Shown here piece after piece: positions 17,924-27,424 of a DNA stretch of 64,000 bases. Source of the stretch: Candidatus Geohabitans tengchongensis (lineage in GTDB: Bacteria; Sysuimicrobiota; Sysuimicrobiia; Sysuimicrobiales; Humicultoraceae); assembly GCA_031459625.1 (NCBI GenBank), contig JAVKIH010000001.1, positions 108,316 to 172,315 of the forward strand. Direction: 5' to 3'. Numbering within the stretch: position 1 is the stretch's first letter; each line of letters opens with the position of its first letter. The position numbers were made by a program, and so were the translations under genes. The notes below the pieces were generated by a model that saw only the letters and a program-made list of their open reading frames with translations, was not told where the DNA came from and ran no database searches.

Positions 17924-19488
17924 GCAGGCCGCCTCACCACGGGTTCTCGGACCGCGAGGAGCGCCTGCTCGCCTCGCTGTCGGCGGGCGGAACGGGCTTC
18001 TCCGCCTTGATCGGGGGGCTGCTGGCGGTGGTCGTCTGGGGCCTGGTGGCGTATGCCACGCAGCTGCGCCACGGCCTGGGCGTCACCGGTCTGCGCGACC
18101 ACGTCCTGTGGGGCGTCTACATCGCCAACTTCGTCTTCTTCATCGGCGTCAGCCACGTGGGCGCCCTGATGTCGGCCATCCTGCGTCTGACGGGCGCCGA
18201 GTGGCGGCGCCCCATCACCCGCATGGCGGAGGCCATCACCTTTGCCTCCCTCCTGATGGGAGCCCTGATGCCGGTGGTGGACATGGGGCGACCAGACCGG
18301 TTGCTGACCCTCATCGGGCATGGCCGACTGCAGTCCCCGATCCTGTGGGACATCCTGTCCATCACGACCTACCTGACCGGCAGTACGCTCTTCCTCTACG
18401 TGCCCATGATCCCCGACCTCGCCCTCCTGCGCCACCGCTACGCCGGGGGCCCCGCCTGGCGCCGGCGGCTGTACACCCTCCTGAGCCTCGGGTGGCAGGA
18501 CACCCCCGCCCAGCGCCACGCCCTGGAGACCATCATGCGGGTGCTGGCGGTGATGATCATCCCGATCGCCGTCTCCGTGCACACCGTCGTCTCCTGGATC
18601 TTCGGCATGACGCTGCGCGCAGGCTGGAACAGCACCATCTTCGGTCCCTACTTCGTCTCGGGGGCCCTGTTCAGCGGGGCCGCGGCGGTCGTGACAGCCA
18701 TGGCGACGTTTCGGTGGGCCTACCACCTGGAGGACTACATCACCGAGGCGCACTTCCGGCGCATGGGCTACTTGCTCATCGCGCTGGGGCTGGCGTACGG
18801 CTACTTCACGTTCGCGGAGTACCTGACGCCCGCCTACAAGATGGCGACCGCCGAGCGGGGGTACCTCACGGCCGTCTTCAGCGGTCCCTTGGCGCGGCTG
18901 TTCTGGTTCACGCAGCTGACTGGCATCTTGCTCCCGGTGCTCCTCCTCACCCTGCCGCGGATCGCCTGGGTGCCTCGGCTGCACAGGGTACCGCTGTTGC
19001 GACCGCGGCCGGCGCTGGCGGCAGCCGTCACGTACGCCGTCGCCACCGTGGTCCTGTCCGCCGCCGGCCCGCGCATGACGATGGCCCGCGTGAACCTGAC
19101 CGCGCTGATCCCACCGTGGGCGCTGCCGGCGCTGGTCCTCTGGCTCTTCCTGGCCTGGCTCCCCGTCTTCCACGTCCGGCCCATCGCGGCCGCCGTGGTC
19201 GCTTCGCTGCTGGTGAACGTCGGCGCATGGCTCAAGCGCTACCTCATCATCGTCCCGACGCTGCTCAACCCCTTCCTGCCCATCCAGCGTGCACCGACTG
19301 GGTGGGCCGCCTACCAGCCCACCTGGGTGGAGTGGTCGATCACGGCCGGCGCGCTGGCGGGTTTCGCGCTCATCTACATCGGGTTCAGCAAGGTGTTCCC
19401 CATCATCCCCATCTGGGAGACGCGCCAGGAGCCCGCGCCGCTCCGCCCGGCCGGCCAGGAGGGGGTCCCCGGTGTCCCGGCGCTTTAG
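17920..19488 (+). CDS. NrfD/PsrC-family quinol-interacting membrane subunit, ActC-like
   Basis: WGVYIANFVFFIGVSHVG, RMAEAIT, DMGRP, SPILWD, SVHTVVS, GWNSTIFGPYFVSGALFSG; many TM helices. Confidence 0.9.
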   Translation: MSRPPHHGFSDREERLLASLSAGGTGFSALIGGLLAVVVWGLVAYATQLRHGLGVTGLRDHVLWGVYIANFVFFIGVSHVGALMSAILRLTGAEWRRPITRMAEAITFASLLMGALMPVVDMGRPDRLLTLIGHGRLQSPILWDILSITTYLTGSTLFLYVPMIPDLALLRHRYAGGPAWRRRLYTLLSLGWQDTPAQRHALETIMRVLAVMIIPIAVSVHTVVSWIFGMTLRAGWNSTIFGPYFVSGALFSGAAAVVTAMATFRWAYHLEDYITEAHFRRMGYLLIALGLAYGYFTFAEYLTPAYKMATAERGYLTAVFSGPLARLFWFTQLTGILLPVLLLTLPRIAWVPRLHRVPLLRPRPALAAAVTYAVATVVLSAAGPRMTMARVNLTALIPPWALPALVLWLFLAWLPVFHVRPIAAAVVASLLVNVGAWLKRYLIIVPTLLNPFLPIQRAPTGWAAYQPTWVEWSITAGALAGFALIYIGFSKVFPIIPIWETRQEPAPLRPAGQEGVPGVPAL

Positions 19489-20125
19489 CGCTAGCGCGCT
19501 GATCGCCGGCCCGGGGGGGGTCTGGCTGGGCCTGGCGGTGGCGGCGCTGTTCGCCTGCCCGGCGTGGGCCGCCGAGCCGGCCCGCATCACCCTGGAGGTG
19601 GCGGGCCTCGAGGACGCGCGGTGGATCATGGCCGTGGTCACCGACGCGACAGGCGCGCCGGTGCCCGAGGCGCTCATCGTGTTCAAGGCCCGCACGACCT
19701 TCGGCTGGCTCCTCCTGGAGGAGCGATCGACGGACGCCGCCGGCCGGGCGCGGATGGGCCTTCCCGCCGGCGTGCGGGCGACGGCGATCCGAGCGGAGAG
19801 CGCGGACATCGGGCAGGTGCACGCGACCGTGCGCGTGGGTGGACCGTCCCCGGCCACTCCGCGGGTGCGACCGGACCGCGACGTGCTCAGGGCCCTGAGC
19901 CCGCAGCCGGGCGTGATCAGTCCCTATCCCGTGCCGGCGCAGGTGGCGCTGCTCGCGGCGGTCCTGGGCGGGATCTGGGCGACGTATGGGTATGTGGCCT
20001 GGCTCCTGTGGCGCATCCGCACGTCCGGTCGGTCGCAGGGCGTGAGGGCGCCGGCGTCCCCGGAGCGGGAACCGCTCACTGCTCGGCTTGGGTGGCCTCC
20101 AGGAAGGCGTGCAGGGCTGTCGTGA
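19472..20125 (+). CDS. Hypothetical exported protein with C-terminal membrane anchor
   Basis: AGGAGG RBS before GTG 19472 overlapping the NrfD end; signal peptide (AWA/AEP); beta-rich middle; C-terminal TM (LLAAVLGGIWATYGYVAWLLW). Confidence 0.65.
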   Translation: MSRRFSASALIAGPGGVWLGLAVAALFACPAWAAEPARITLEVAGLEDARWIMAVVTDATGAPVPEALIVFKARTTFGWLLLEERSTDAAGRARMGLPAGVRATAIRAESADIGQVHATVRVGGPSPATPRVRPDRDVLRALSPQPGVISPYPVPAQVALLAAVLGGIWATYGYVAWLLWRIRTSGRSQGVRAPASPEREPLTARLGWPPGRRAGLS

Positions 20126-20870
20126 ACGCTTCCGGCGTCTCCAGGTTGCTCAGGTGGCCCGCCTCCGGCAGCACGATCAGCCGGCTGTTCGGGATGGCTG
20201 CGGCCATGGCCCGCGCGACCTCCGGCGGGGTGACCGAGTCCTCCTCCCCGACGAGGACCAGGGTGGGCACGGTGATCTGGGACAGGAGGGGACGGCTGTC
20301 GGGACGGGCCGCCAGCGCCCGCAGGGTGGCCGCCAGCGCCCGCGGATCCGCCGTCGCCGCCAGTGCCTCCACGGTGGCGACGACGTGAGGACGGCGGGCG
20401 CGGGTCGTAGGACCCACCAGCCCGCCGACGAAGTCGCGCAGGGCCTCGCACCCCTCCTGCGCGACGCGCGCGGCCAGCGCCAGGCGGCGCGCCCGGCCCT
20501 CCTCCGTGTCCGGCTCGGCTCGCGTGTCGGCAAGGACGAGCCGGGTGGCGAAGGTCGGCGCCTGCTCCAGCAGCCGGAAGGCCACGTAGCCGCCCATGGA
20601 GAGACCGATCACGGTGGCCCGGGCGATGCCCAGTGACGCTGCCAGCGCCCTCACGTCGGCGGCGAGCTGCGCCAGCGTCACCTGGTCGCTGACGGAGGAC
20701 TCCCCGAAGCCGCGCAAGTCCACGGTGAGCACCTGAAACCGGTCGCGCAGTCCGGCGACCTGGGGCCGCCACATGCCCCGGTGGAGGGGGAAGCCGTGCA
20801 GGAAAAGGAGGGGCTCGCCGCTCCCCTCCAGGTCGTAGCCCAGCGTCACCCCGTCCACGGTGCGTCGCAT
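20076..20870 (-). CDS. Alpha/beta hydrolase (enol-lactonase-like)
   Basis: FLHGFP, DLRGFGES, GLSMGG, GEED, AGHLSNLE. Confidence 0.9.
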   Translation of the reverse strand: MRRTVDGVTLGYDLEGSGEPLLFLHGFPLHRGMWRPQVAGLRDRFQVLTVDLRGFGESSVSDQVTLAQLAADVRALAASLGIARATVIGLSMGGYVAFRLLEQAPTFATRLVLADTRAEPDTEEGRARRLALAARVAQEGCEALRDFVGGLVGPTTRARRPHVVATVEALAATADPRALAATLRALAARPDSRPLLSQITVPTLVLVGEEDSVTPPEVARAMAAAIPNSRLIVLPEAGHLSNLETPEAFTTALHAFLEATQAEQ

Positions 20871-20923
20871 CGTGCCCTCCTCCTCGGGCGGGCTGCCGGC
20901 ATGCCCTTGCTATCATACAGACC

Positions 20924-21490
20924 GTGCGGATCCTGGCCTGTGCCGACCTCCACGGACGGCCGGCTCGCGTGGCGCGGGTCCGGGCGCTGGTCGCCGAGCA
21001 CCGCCCCGATGTCCTCTGTCTGGCGGGAGACCTGACGCACGCTGGCAGCGGCTCCGGGGCCCTCCAGCTGCTGGAGACCCTGGACGTGCCCATCGTGGCC
21101 GTGTCGGGGAACATGGACGACGCCCACACCGTGGAGGCGATGCGGCGGCGCGGGGTCCTCCTCGGCGACTCCCCCCGGGTCATCGGTGGGGTGACCTTCG
21201 CCGGCCCCGAGGTGGCCGGGCCCTGCGACGTGCTGGTGACGCACGAGCCTCCCGCCGGCGTGCTGGACCGCGTGGGCACCGGCCGGCACATCGGCTCCCC
21301 GGCGGTGCGCGCGCTGATCGAGCGCTGGCAACCGCGGCTGCACGTCTGCGGCCACGTCCACGAGTCGCCGGGCGTGGTCCGCCTGGGCGCCACGACGGTC
21401 GTGAACTGCACGCTGGGCCGCGACGAGATCGCCGGCGCCTTGGCCGTCCTCGAGGGCGAAGCGCTGGACGTGCGCCTCCTCCCCCCGTAA
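20924..21490 (+). CDS. Calcineurin-like metallophosphoesterase
   Basis: ADLHG, AGDLT, GNMD, THEPP, CGHVHE. Confidence 0.88.
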   Translation: MRILACADLHGRPARVARVRALVAEHRPDVLCLAGDLTHAGSGSGALQLLETLDVPIVAVSGNMDDAHTVEAMRRRGVLLGDSPRVIGGVTFAGPEVAGPCDVLVTHEPPAGVLDRVGTGRHIGSPAVRALIERWQPRLHVCGHVHESPGVVRLGATTVVNCTLGRDEIAGALAVLEGEALDVRLLPP

Positions 21491-21660
21491 CTACTCCGCT
21501 CCCCATCGGTGGGTGGGCCCGGTCGTCGGACTGCAGGCCCGCCGCCCACCGCCCTGGTGCGGCCGTTCGTGCTCCCTTCCGGCTAGTTGTGCGTCACAGT
21601 GAGACCGCGGAGAGCGGGCGGTGCAAGCATGGCCTCACACCGACGAGAGGTCAACCAGCC

Positions 21661-22374
21661 GTGGGAGAGCCGGGGAGGGACGCGCGGAGCGGCGCGGGCC
21701 AACAGACGCTCCCGGCGGCGGAGACGCTGCTGCCGCTCGTCCGGGGGATTGCCCGGGGCGTGGCGCAGGCGTTGCCGCCGTCGGTGGAGGTGGACGACCT
21801 CGTACACGACGGGGTCGTGGGGTTGCTCGAGGCGATCGGGCGGTTCGACCCGTCGCGCGGCGTGGACTTCAGCACCTACGCCACCTACCGCATTCGGGGA
21901 GCCATCCTCGACGGCCTGCGCGGGCGCGACCCGCTCCCCCGCAGCCTGCGCCGCCAGCTGGGCGCGGCGCCCCGCGCATCGGCCCCGCTGGCCGTCGTGC
22001 CGCTGAAGGTCGTCCCACTGGATGCGGCCCTCGTCCTCGCCGGCGACGACGGGCAGCCCGAGGAGGCCCTGCTGGCCGAGGAGTTGCGGGCCGAGGTGGA
22101 GCGAGCCCTGCGCGCCCTCCCCCCGCGCCACCGGCGGCTCCTGGCCCTGCGCTTCGGCCGGGGGCTGCGCCTGCGGGAGGTGGCCGCCTGCTTCGGGATC
22201 TCCATGACGCGCGCAGCGGAGCTCCAGGAGCGGGCCATCCGCCGGCTGCGCACAGCCCTGGCGGTGGAACACCCCGACGGGCTCTCCCCGAACGGCAAGC
22301 CGCGGCGGCGCCGTCCTGCAGCCAACGCCGCTCCGAGCGTCCCGCCGGGCGAGCCAGCCACGGTTTCCAGGTGA
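21661..22374 (+). CDS. FliA/WhiG-like RNA polymerase sigma factor, shortened (start uncertain)
   Basis: Region 2 DDLVHDGVVGLLEAIGRFDPSRGVDFSTYATYRIRGAILDGLR; region 4 LPPRHRRLLALRF...LREVAACFGIS; GAGAGG before GTG 21661. Confidence 0.82.
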   Translation: MGEPGRDARSGAGQQTLPAAETLLPLVRGIARGVAQALPPSVEVDDLVHDGVVGLLEAIGRFDPSRGVDFSTYATYRIRGAILDGLRGRDPLPRSLRRQLGAAPRASAPLAVVPLKVVPLDAALVLAGDDGQPEEALLAEELRAEVERALRALPPRHRRLLALRFGRGLRLREVAACFGISMTRAAELQERAIRRLRTALAVEHPDGLSPNGKPRRRRPAANAAPSVPPGEPATVSR

Positions 22375-22390
22375 CCGCCTGGAGGGCATA

Positions 22391-23194
22391 GTGGCCCGCC
22401 AGGGTTGGGGAGGGAGCATGGCCGGGCGCGAGGGAGGCGTGTGGTCTGCTCCGGATGCCGTGGCCGCGGTGGAGCAGATCCACGCCCACTTTCTCTGCAA
22501 CGCCCTCACCGCGGTCCAGCTCTGGGTGGGGACACACCCCCGCCTCGCCGAGCAGCTCATCGGGTTGCTGGCCGGATACGTGCAGGCCCGGCTCACCCCG
22601 GCCACGGTCGTCCCGCTGCGGCACGAGCTCGAGGTCGTGCTCACCTACCTGGCCCTCGAGCGGGTGCGACTGGGACCACGTCTGCGCACCCGGCTGGCCA
22701 TCGCCCCCGAGACGCTGACGGCCGCCATCCCGCCGCTCGTCCTCCAGCCGCTGGTCGAGAACGCGGTGATCCACGGGGTGAGCGCCCGGCCGCTGGGCGG
22801 CACGGTGGAGGTGCACGCCTGCCGGCGGCGAGATCGGCTGCTCCTCCTGGTGGCCGACGACGGGCTCCCGGTGGCCGCCGACGGGAGGGTCGCCGACGGG
22901 CATCGAGCGCAGCGGGCGTGGCTCGGCGGAGGGCGATCACGACCCGGCCCGGGGCTGGCGCTGCGCAACGTGCGCCGCCGGCTGCACCTGGCGTACGGTC
23001 GGCAGGGAGCGGTGCGCGTGGTGCGCCGCCTCGGACGCGGGTGGCTGGCGGTGGCGAGCCTGCCCTTTGAGGAGGCCGGAGAGACGGAGGCGACCGCAGA
23101 GACGGTGGGACCGCCGGCGTGGCCGGAGGAGCGCGGGCAGCGTGCGGAGCAGGGGCACGGAGGGGCGGATGCGGGCCCTCGTGGTGGACGATGA
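22391..23194 (+). CDS. LytS/YehU-type histidine kinase core without sensor domain
   Basis: EQIHAHFLCNAL, ELEVVLTYLALERVRLG, LQPLVENAVIHG, DDG, GLALRNVRRRL. Alternative ATG at 22418. Confidence 0.82.
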   Translation: MARQGWGGSMAGREGGVWSAPDAVAAVEQIHAHFLCNALTAVQLWVGTHPRLAEQLIGLLAGYVQARLTPATVVPLRHELEVVLTYLALERVRLGPRLRTRLAIAPETLTAAIPPLVLQPLVENAVIHGVSARPLGGTVEVHACRRRDRLLLLVADDGLPVAADGRVADGHRAQRAWLGGGRSRPGPGLALRNVRRRLHLAYGRQGAVRVVRRLGRGWLAVASLPFEEAGETEATAETVGPPAWPEERGQRAEQGHGGADAGPRGGR

Positions 23195-23879
23195 GGCAGC
23201 GGGGCGCCGGCTGCTCGGCCGGCTGCTCCGCGATCTGGGGCACGCGGTCGTGGCCGAGGCCAGCACCGGCGCGGAGGCACTGGCCGTGCTGGCGCACCGG
23301 ACGGTCGATGCCGCCTTCCTCGACATCCGGCTCCCGGACCTGGACGGGCTGGCGGTGGGGGATCGGTGCCGGCGGGCCGGGATCCCGGTCGTCTTCGTCA
23401 CCGGGTTTCCGGACTACGCGCTCCCCGCCTACGACGTGGCGGCGGTCGACTACCTGGTGAAACCACCGACCCTCGACCGGCTGGGGCGGGCCCTGGCTCG
23501 CCTGCGCGCGGCCGGGGAACAGACAGCGTCCCAGGGCGGGGCCCCGGACCGGCTGTGCCTGCGCGTGGATGGCGAGCACCGCCTCATCGCGGTGCGCCAC
23601 GTGCTGGCGGTGCGGGCCGACGGTGCCGTGGTCACCCTGTGGCTTGAGGAGGGGTCGCTGCGGGCCCGGGTCCCGCTCGGGCGCCTGGAGCAGCTGCTCG
23701 TGCCCCACGGCTTCTTCCGCTGCCACCGCGCCTACCTGGTGAACCTGCGCCGGGTGCGGCGGATCGTCGCCTGGTCGCGCGAGGCCCACAGCCTCCTGCT
23801 CGACGACGCACAGGAAACCCTCATCCCCCTGGCCAAATCCCGCAGGCGGGCGCTGCGCGCGTTGCTCCTCTGGCCTTAG
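23169..23879 (+). CDS. LytTR-family response regulator
   Basis: VVDDE, FLDIRLP, DYLVKP, FFRCHRAYLVNL. Confidence 0.93.
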   Translation: MRALVVDDEAAGRRLLGRLLRDLGHAVVAEASTGAEALAVLAHRTVDAAFLDIRLPDLDGLAVGDRCRRAGIPVVFVTGFPDYALPAYDVAAVDYLVKPPTLDRLGRALARLRAAGEQTASQGGAPDRLCLRVDGEHRLIAVRHVLAVRADGAVVTLWLEEGSLRARVPLGRLEQLLVPHGFFRCHRAYLVNLRRVRRIVAWSREAHSLLLDDAQETLIPLAKSRRRALRALLLWP

Positions 23880-23979
23880 ACTGCCCGGGGCGCCGGCGCA
23901 GGGTCCCCTCTGCGGCGTGCCCGCGCGCGGTCCACGCCGGAGGTCTCGGGCAGGCCGGTTCACCGGTGGGGAGGCAGGG

Positions 23980-24768
23980 ATGGACCTGGGGATCCGGGGA
24001 CGGGTGGCGCTGGTCACCGGCGCGAGCCGCGGCCTGGGACGGGCCGTGGCGGTGGCGCTGGGGCGGGAGGGCGCGCGAGTGGCTCTGGCCGCACGCTCGG
24101 CCGAGGCGCTGCGGGCAGCGGTGGCCGAGGTGCGCGGCGTCGGCGGCGAGGCGGTGGACATCGTCGCGGACGTGGCCACCGCGGAAGGGGCCACCCGGGC
24201 CGCGGAGGAGGCGGCGCGGCTGGGCCCCGTGGAGATCCTGGTGGCCAATGCCGGCGGCCCGCCCGCGGGAGCCTTCCTCGAGGTGGACGACGCGGCGTGG
24301 GAGGAGGCCGTCCGCCTCACCCTGCTCAGCGTCGTGCGCCTCTGCCGCGCCGTCATCCCGGGGATGCGTCAGCGACGGTGGGGGCGGATCATCGCCGTGA
24401 CTTCCTACGTGATGAAGCAGCCCCTGCGCGGCCTCGTCCTGAGCAACAGCGTGCGCCTGGCCGTGGCGGGCCTGACGAAGACGCTGGCCGACGAGCTGGG
24501 TCCCCACAACATCCTGGTGAACACCGTCTGTCCAGGCCCGATCGCCACCGACCGGCTGGTAGCCCTCACCCGCACGATGGCGGCGCGCCAGGGGATCTCC
24601 GAGGAAGAGGCAACGCAGCGCCTGTGGACCGACGACCTCCCACTAGGACGGCTGGGGCGGCCGGAGGAGTTCGCCGCGGTGGTGGCCTTCCTGGCCTCGG
24701 AGCAGGCCAGCTTCGTCACGGGGACGGTGATCCAGGTGGATGGCGGCAAGATCCGGGGGGTGCTGTGA
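23980..24768 (+). CDS. SDR family oxidoreductase
   Basis: TGASRGLG, NAGGP, GRPEEFA, VDGG. Confidence 0.92.
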   Translation: MDLGIRGRVALVTGASRGLGRAVAVALGREGARVALAARSAEALRAAVAEVRGVGGEAVDIVADVATAEGATRAAEEAARLGPVEILVANAGGPPAGAFLEVDDAAWEEAVRLTLLSVVRLCRAVIPGMRQRRWGRIIAVTSYVMKQPLRGLVLSNSVRLAVAGLTKTLADELGPHNILVNTVCPGPIATDRLVALTRTMAARQGISEEEATQRLWTDDLPLGRLGRPEEFAAVVAFLASEQASFVTGTVIQVDGGKIRGVL

Positions 24769-24817
24769 GCGGCCGCGCCCCGGGGGTGCCGGACGGCCGT
24801 GGGGCCGCGCGCGTGCG

Positions 24818-25501
24818 GTGTGGCGGTGGGCGGGTGGGCTGCTCCTCCTGGCCACCGTGGGGGTGCTGGCCGCCCCGGTCCTGGCCCGGGAGGCGATCGC
24901 CTTCCGCGCCGACGACGGGGTGCTCCTCCGCGGCCATGCCTTCGGCACGGGGTGGGGTGTCGTGATCTTCTCCCACATGTACGGCACCGACCAGCGCATC
25001 TGGTTCGACCTGGCCGAAGCGGCCGCACGGCGCGGGCTCACCGCCGTGACCTACGACTACCGGGGGATTGGCCGGTCGGCGGGCCGCTTCGTCATCGCCC
25101 AGACCTGGCGCGACGCGGTGGCGGCGGTCGACCTGGTCCGGCGGCGGGGCTCGGACCGCCCGGTGGTCCTGGTGGGCGCGAGCATGGGCGGGACGGTCTC
25201 GCTGCGCGCGGCCGCGGAGCGGCCGGTGCAGGGGGTCGTCGTGGTGGCGAGCGGCATGCGCTTCCGGGGCCTGGACGTGCGGCCGCACCTAGCGGCGCTG
25301 CGCGCGCCCAAGCTCTTCATCGCCGGCAGCCGGGACGAGCCCTTCGCCACCAGCGTGCGCACGATGTACGCGCGCACGCCGCCGCCCAAGGCGCTGCGCC
25401 TCTACCCGACCGCCGCCCACGGGACCGACCTCTTCGGGACACGCCACGGGCCGGCGGTGCGGCGGGAGATCCTGGCGTTCGTGGTCCGCCACGCGCGGTA
25501 G
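24818..25501 (+). CDS. Secreted alpha/beta hydrolase (start uncertain)
   Basis: Signal peptide; DYRGIGRS, GASMGG, GSRD, AHGT. Confidence 0.8.
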   Translation: MWRWAGGLLLLATVGVLAAPVLAREAIAFRADDGVLLRGHAFGTGWGVVIFSHMYGTDQRIWFDLAEAAARRGLTAVTYDYRGIGRSAGRFVIAQTWRDAVAAVDLVRRRGSDRPVVLVGASMGGTVSLRAAAERPVQGVVVVASGMRFRGLDVRPHLAALRAPKLFIAGSRDEPFATSVRTMYARTPPPKALRLYPTAAHGTDLFGTRHGPAVRREILAFVVRHAR

Positions 25502-25665
25502 CCGGTCCGCCCGGAGGCCGGGCGGCCCGTCACGGGTTCAGAGCCAGCCTGTCGCGGGTTCAGGGGCAGCCCGGCGGGCGTGGCGTCGGCGACTGTCACG
25601 GCCGGTGTCATGGGCAGCCTCCACGCGGCGTCGATGGTATACTGAGAAGCGCGTCCTGTTGCTTG

Positions 25666-25743
25666 GCCCCCATCGTCTAGCCAGGCCTAGGACCCCGGTC
25701 TTTCAAGCCGGTAACGCGGGTTCGAATCCCGCTGGGGGCACCA
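25666..25743 (+). tRNA. tRNA-Glu (TTC)
   Basis: GCCCCCA/TGGGGGC acceptor stem, CCGGT-CT-TTC-AA-GCCGG anticodon arm, GGTTCGAATCC, CCA end; TGnTATACT at 25635-25643 upstream. Confidence 0.97.
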
Positions 25744-25784
25744 TGGTCCGGCTGCGCATCGCTCCCATCCCTCGCGGGCCCCGT

Positions 25785-25816
25785 CATTGTCAATGCCCGC
25801 CCGTTCCCTCTATACT
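25785..25816 (+). promoter_or_regulatory. Promoter of the sugar ABC operon with a small palindrome on the -35
   Basis: TTGTCA(25787-92)-N18-TATACT(25811-16); CATTG-T-CAATG at 25785-25795. Confidence 0.6.
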
Positions 25817-25957
25817 TGCTAAAAAATCCCGTTGTGTCGGGTTTGTCAGGCGACTTGGCGCTGCGGGCCGCGGCCGTCGGGAGGGGCGGTCCCGACGGCC
25901 TGCGGTCCTGGGGAGCATCTGCGGTCCACACCGATGGATCGAGGAGGTGGGCGGGGA

Positions 25958-27424
25958 GTGAGTGAGCCGCAGGAGAAGTGGGTCAAGGTCGCGGACGGGC
26001 GCTGGCGGCGCCTCTCCCGACGCGACTTCCTGAAACTGGCGGTGGCTGGTGCGGCCGGGGCAGGGCTCGCCGCCACCGGCACCGCGGTCTTCGGTCCCAC
26101 CATCGTCCGCGCCCAGCCGCGCACGCTGCGCATCCTGACGTGGAGCCACTTCGTGCCGGCCTTCGATGCCTGGTTCGACCCCTGGGCGGAGCGATGGGGA
26201 CGAGAGAAGGGGATCCAGGTGACGGTCGACCACATCTCCTTCGCCGACATCGTCCCCCGGGCGAACGCGGAGGTCGCGGCGCAGCAGGGCCACGACCTCT
26301 TTTTCTTCCTGTCGCCCCCGTCGGCGTTCGAGCCACAGGTACTCGACCTGACCGACATCAACCGCGAGGCCGAGCGGCGCTACGGCCCCATGGTGCCGCT
26401 CGTCCGCAAGTCCGTCTACAACGCCAACACCCGTAAGTACTTCGGCTTCTCCGACAACTGGGTGCCCGACCCGGGCGACTACCTCAAGAGCGTGTGGACG
26501 GCCGTGGGCTTCCCCAACGGCCCCGCCACCTGGGACGACCTGCTCGTCGCCGGGCGGCGCATCAAGGAGCGCTTCCGGGAGATCCAGATCCCCATCGGCA
26601 TCGGCTTCTCCCAGGACATCGACTCCAACATGGCCACCCACGCCATCATGTGGTCCTTCGGGGCCTCCGAGCAGGACGCCCAGGAGAACGTGACCGTGAA
26701 CACGGAGGAGATGGTGCGCGCCGTCGAGTACGGCGTCCGCCTCTTCCGCGAGGTGATGAACCCGGCGGTGCTCAGCTGGAACGCCGCCAGCAACAACCAG
26801 GCGCTGAACGCCCGGCAGACGGCCTACATCCTGAACTCGATCTCCGCCTACCGTACGGCCCAGGACAACAACCTGCCGGTGGCGGACGACATCCACTTCG
26901 TCCCGGCCCTGCGCGGGCCCCGCGCCCGGTGGGCCAGCGAGCACGTCATGGGGGTGTGGGTGATCTGGCGCTTCGCCCGCAGCCCCGACCACGCCAAGCA
27001 GTTCCTCCTGGACCTGGTGGACAACTACCGGGAGGCGGTGCTGGCCAGCAAGCTGTACAACTTCCCCTCCTTCATGGGCTCGGTGGCGCCGCGCAACGTC
27101 CCGGTGGCCCAGAGGCCCGACGAGGGGCGGAAGTGGGTGCGGGCGGCGGTGCTGCGGGACCCCTTCGGGTCGAAGCCGGAGAACAAGCTGGCGGTCCTGG
27201 CCGACGCCGAGGAGTGGTCCACCAACCCCGGTCACCCGGGCCCGGCCAACCCGGCCATCGGCGAGATCTTCGACACCTTCGTCATCCCCGACATGTTCGC
27301 CAAGGCCGCCACCGGGCAGCTGAGCCCGCGGGACGCAGTGCGCGAGACGGACCGGCGGGTGAAGGCGATCTTCGAGAAGTGGCGCCGCGCCGGGCTGGTG
27401 GGCGGCGGGACCCGGGACCGGTAG
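25958..27424 (+). CDS. Tat-exported carbohydrate ABC transporter substrate-binding protein
   Basis: SRRDFLK Tat motif, WSHFVP, PATWDDL; heads the ABC operon. Confidence 0.9.
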   Translation: MSEPQEKWVKVADGRWRRLSRRDFLKLAVAGAAGAGLAATGTAVFGPTIVRAQPRTLRILTWSHFVPAFDAWFDPWAERWGREKGIQVTVDHISFADIVPRANAEVAAQQGHDLFFFLSPPSAFEPQVLDLTDINREAERRYGPMVPLVRKSVYNANTRKYFGFSDNWVPDPGDYLKSVWTAVGFPNGPATWDDLLVAGRRIKERFREIQIPIGIGFSQDIDSNMATHAIMWSFGASEQDAQENVTVNTEEMVRAVEYGVRLFREVMNPAVLSWNAASNNQALNARQTAYILNSISAYRTAQDNNLPVADDIHFVPALRGPRARWASEHVMGVWVIWRFARSPDHAKQFLLDLVDNYREAVLASKLYNFPSFMGSVAPRNVPVAQRPDEGRKWVRAAVLRDPFGSKPENKLAVLADAEEWSTNPGHPGPANPAIGEIFDTFVIPDMFAKAATGQLSPRDAVRETDRRVKAIFEKWRRAGLVGGGTRDR

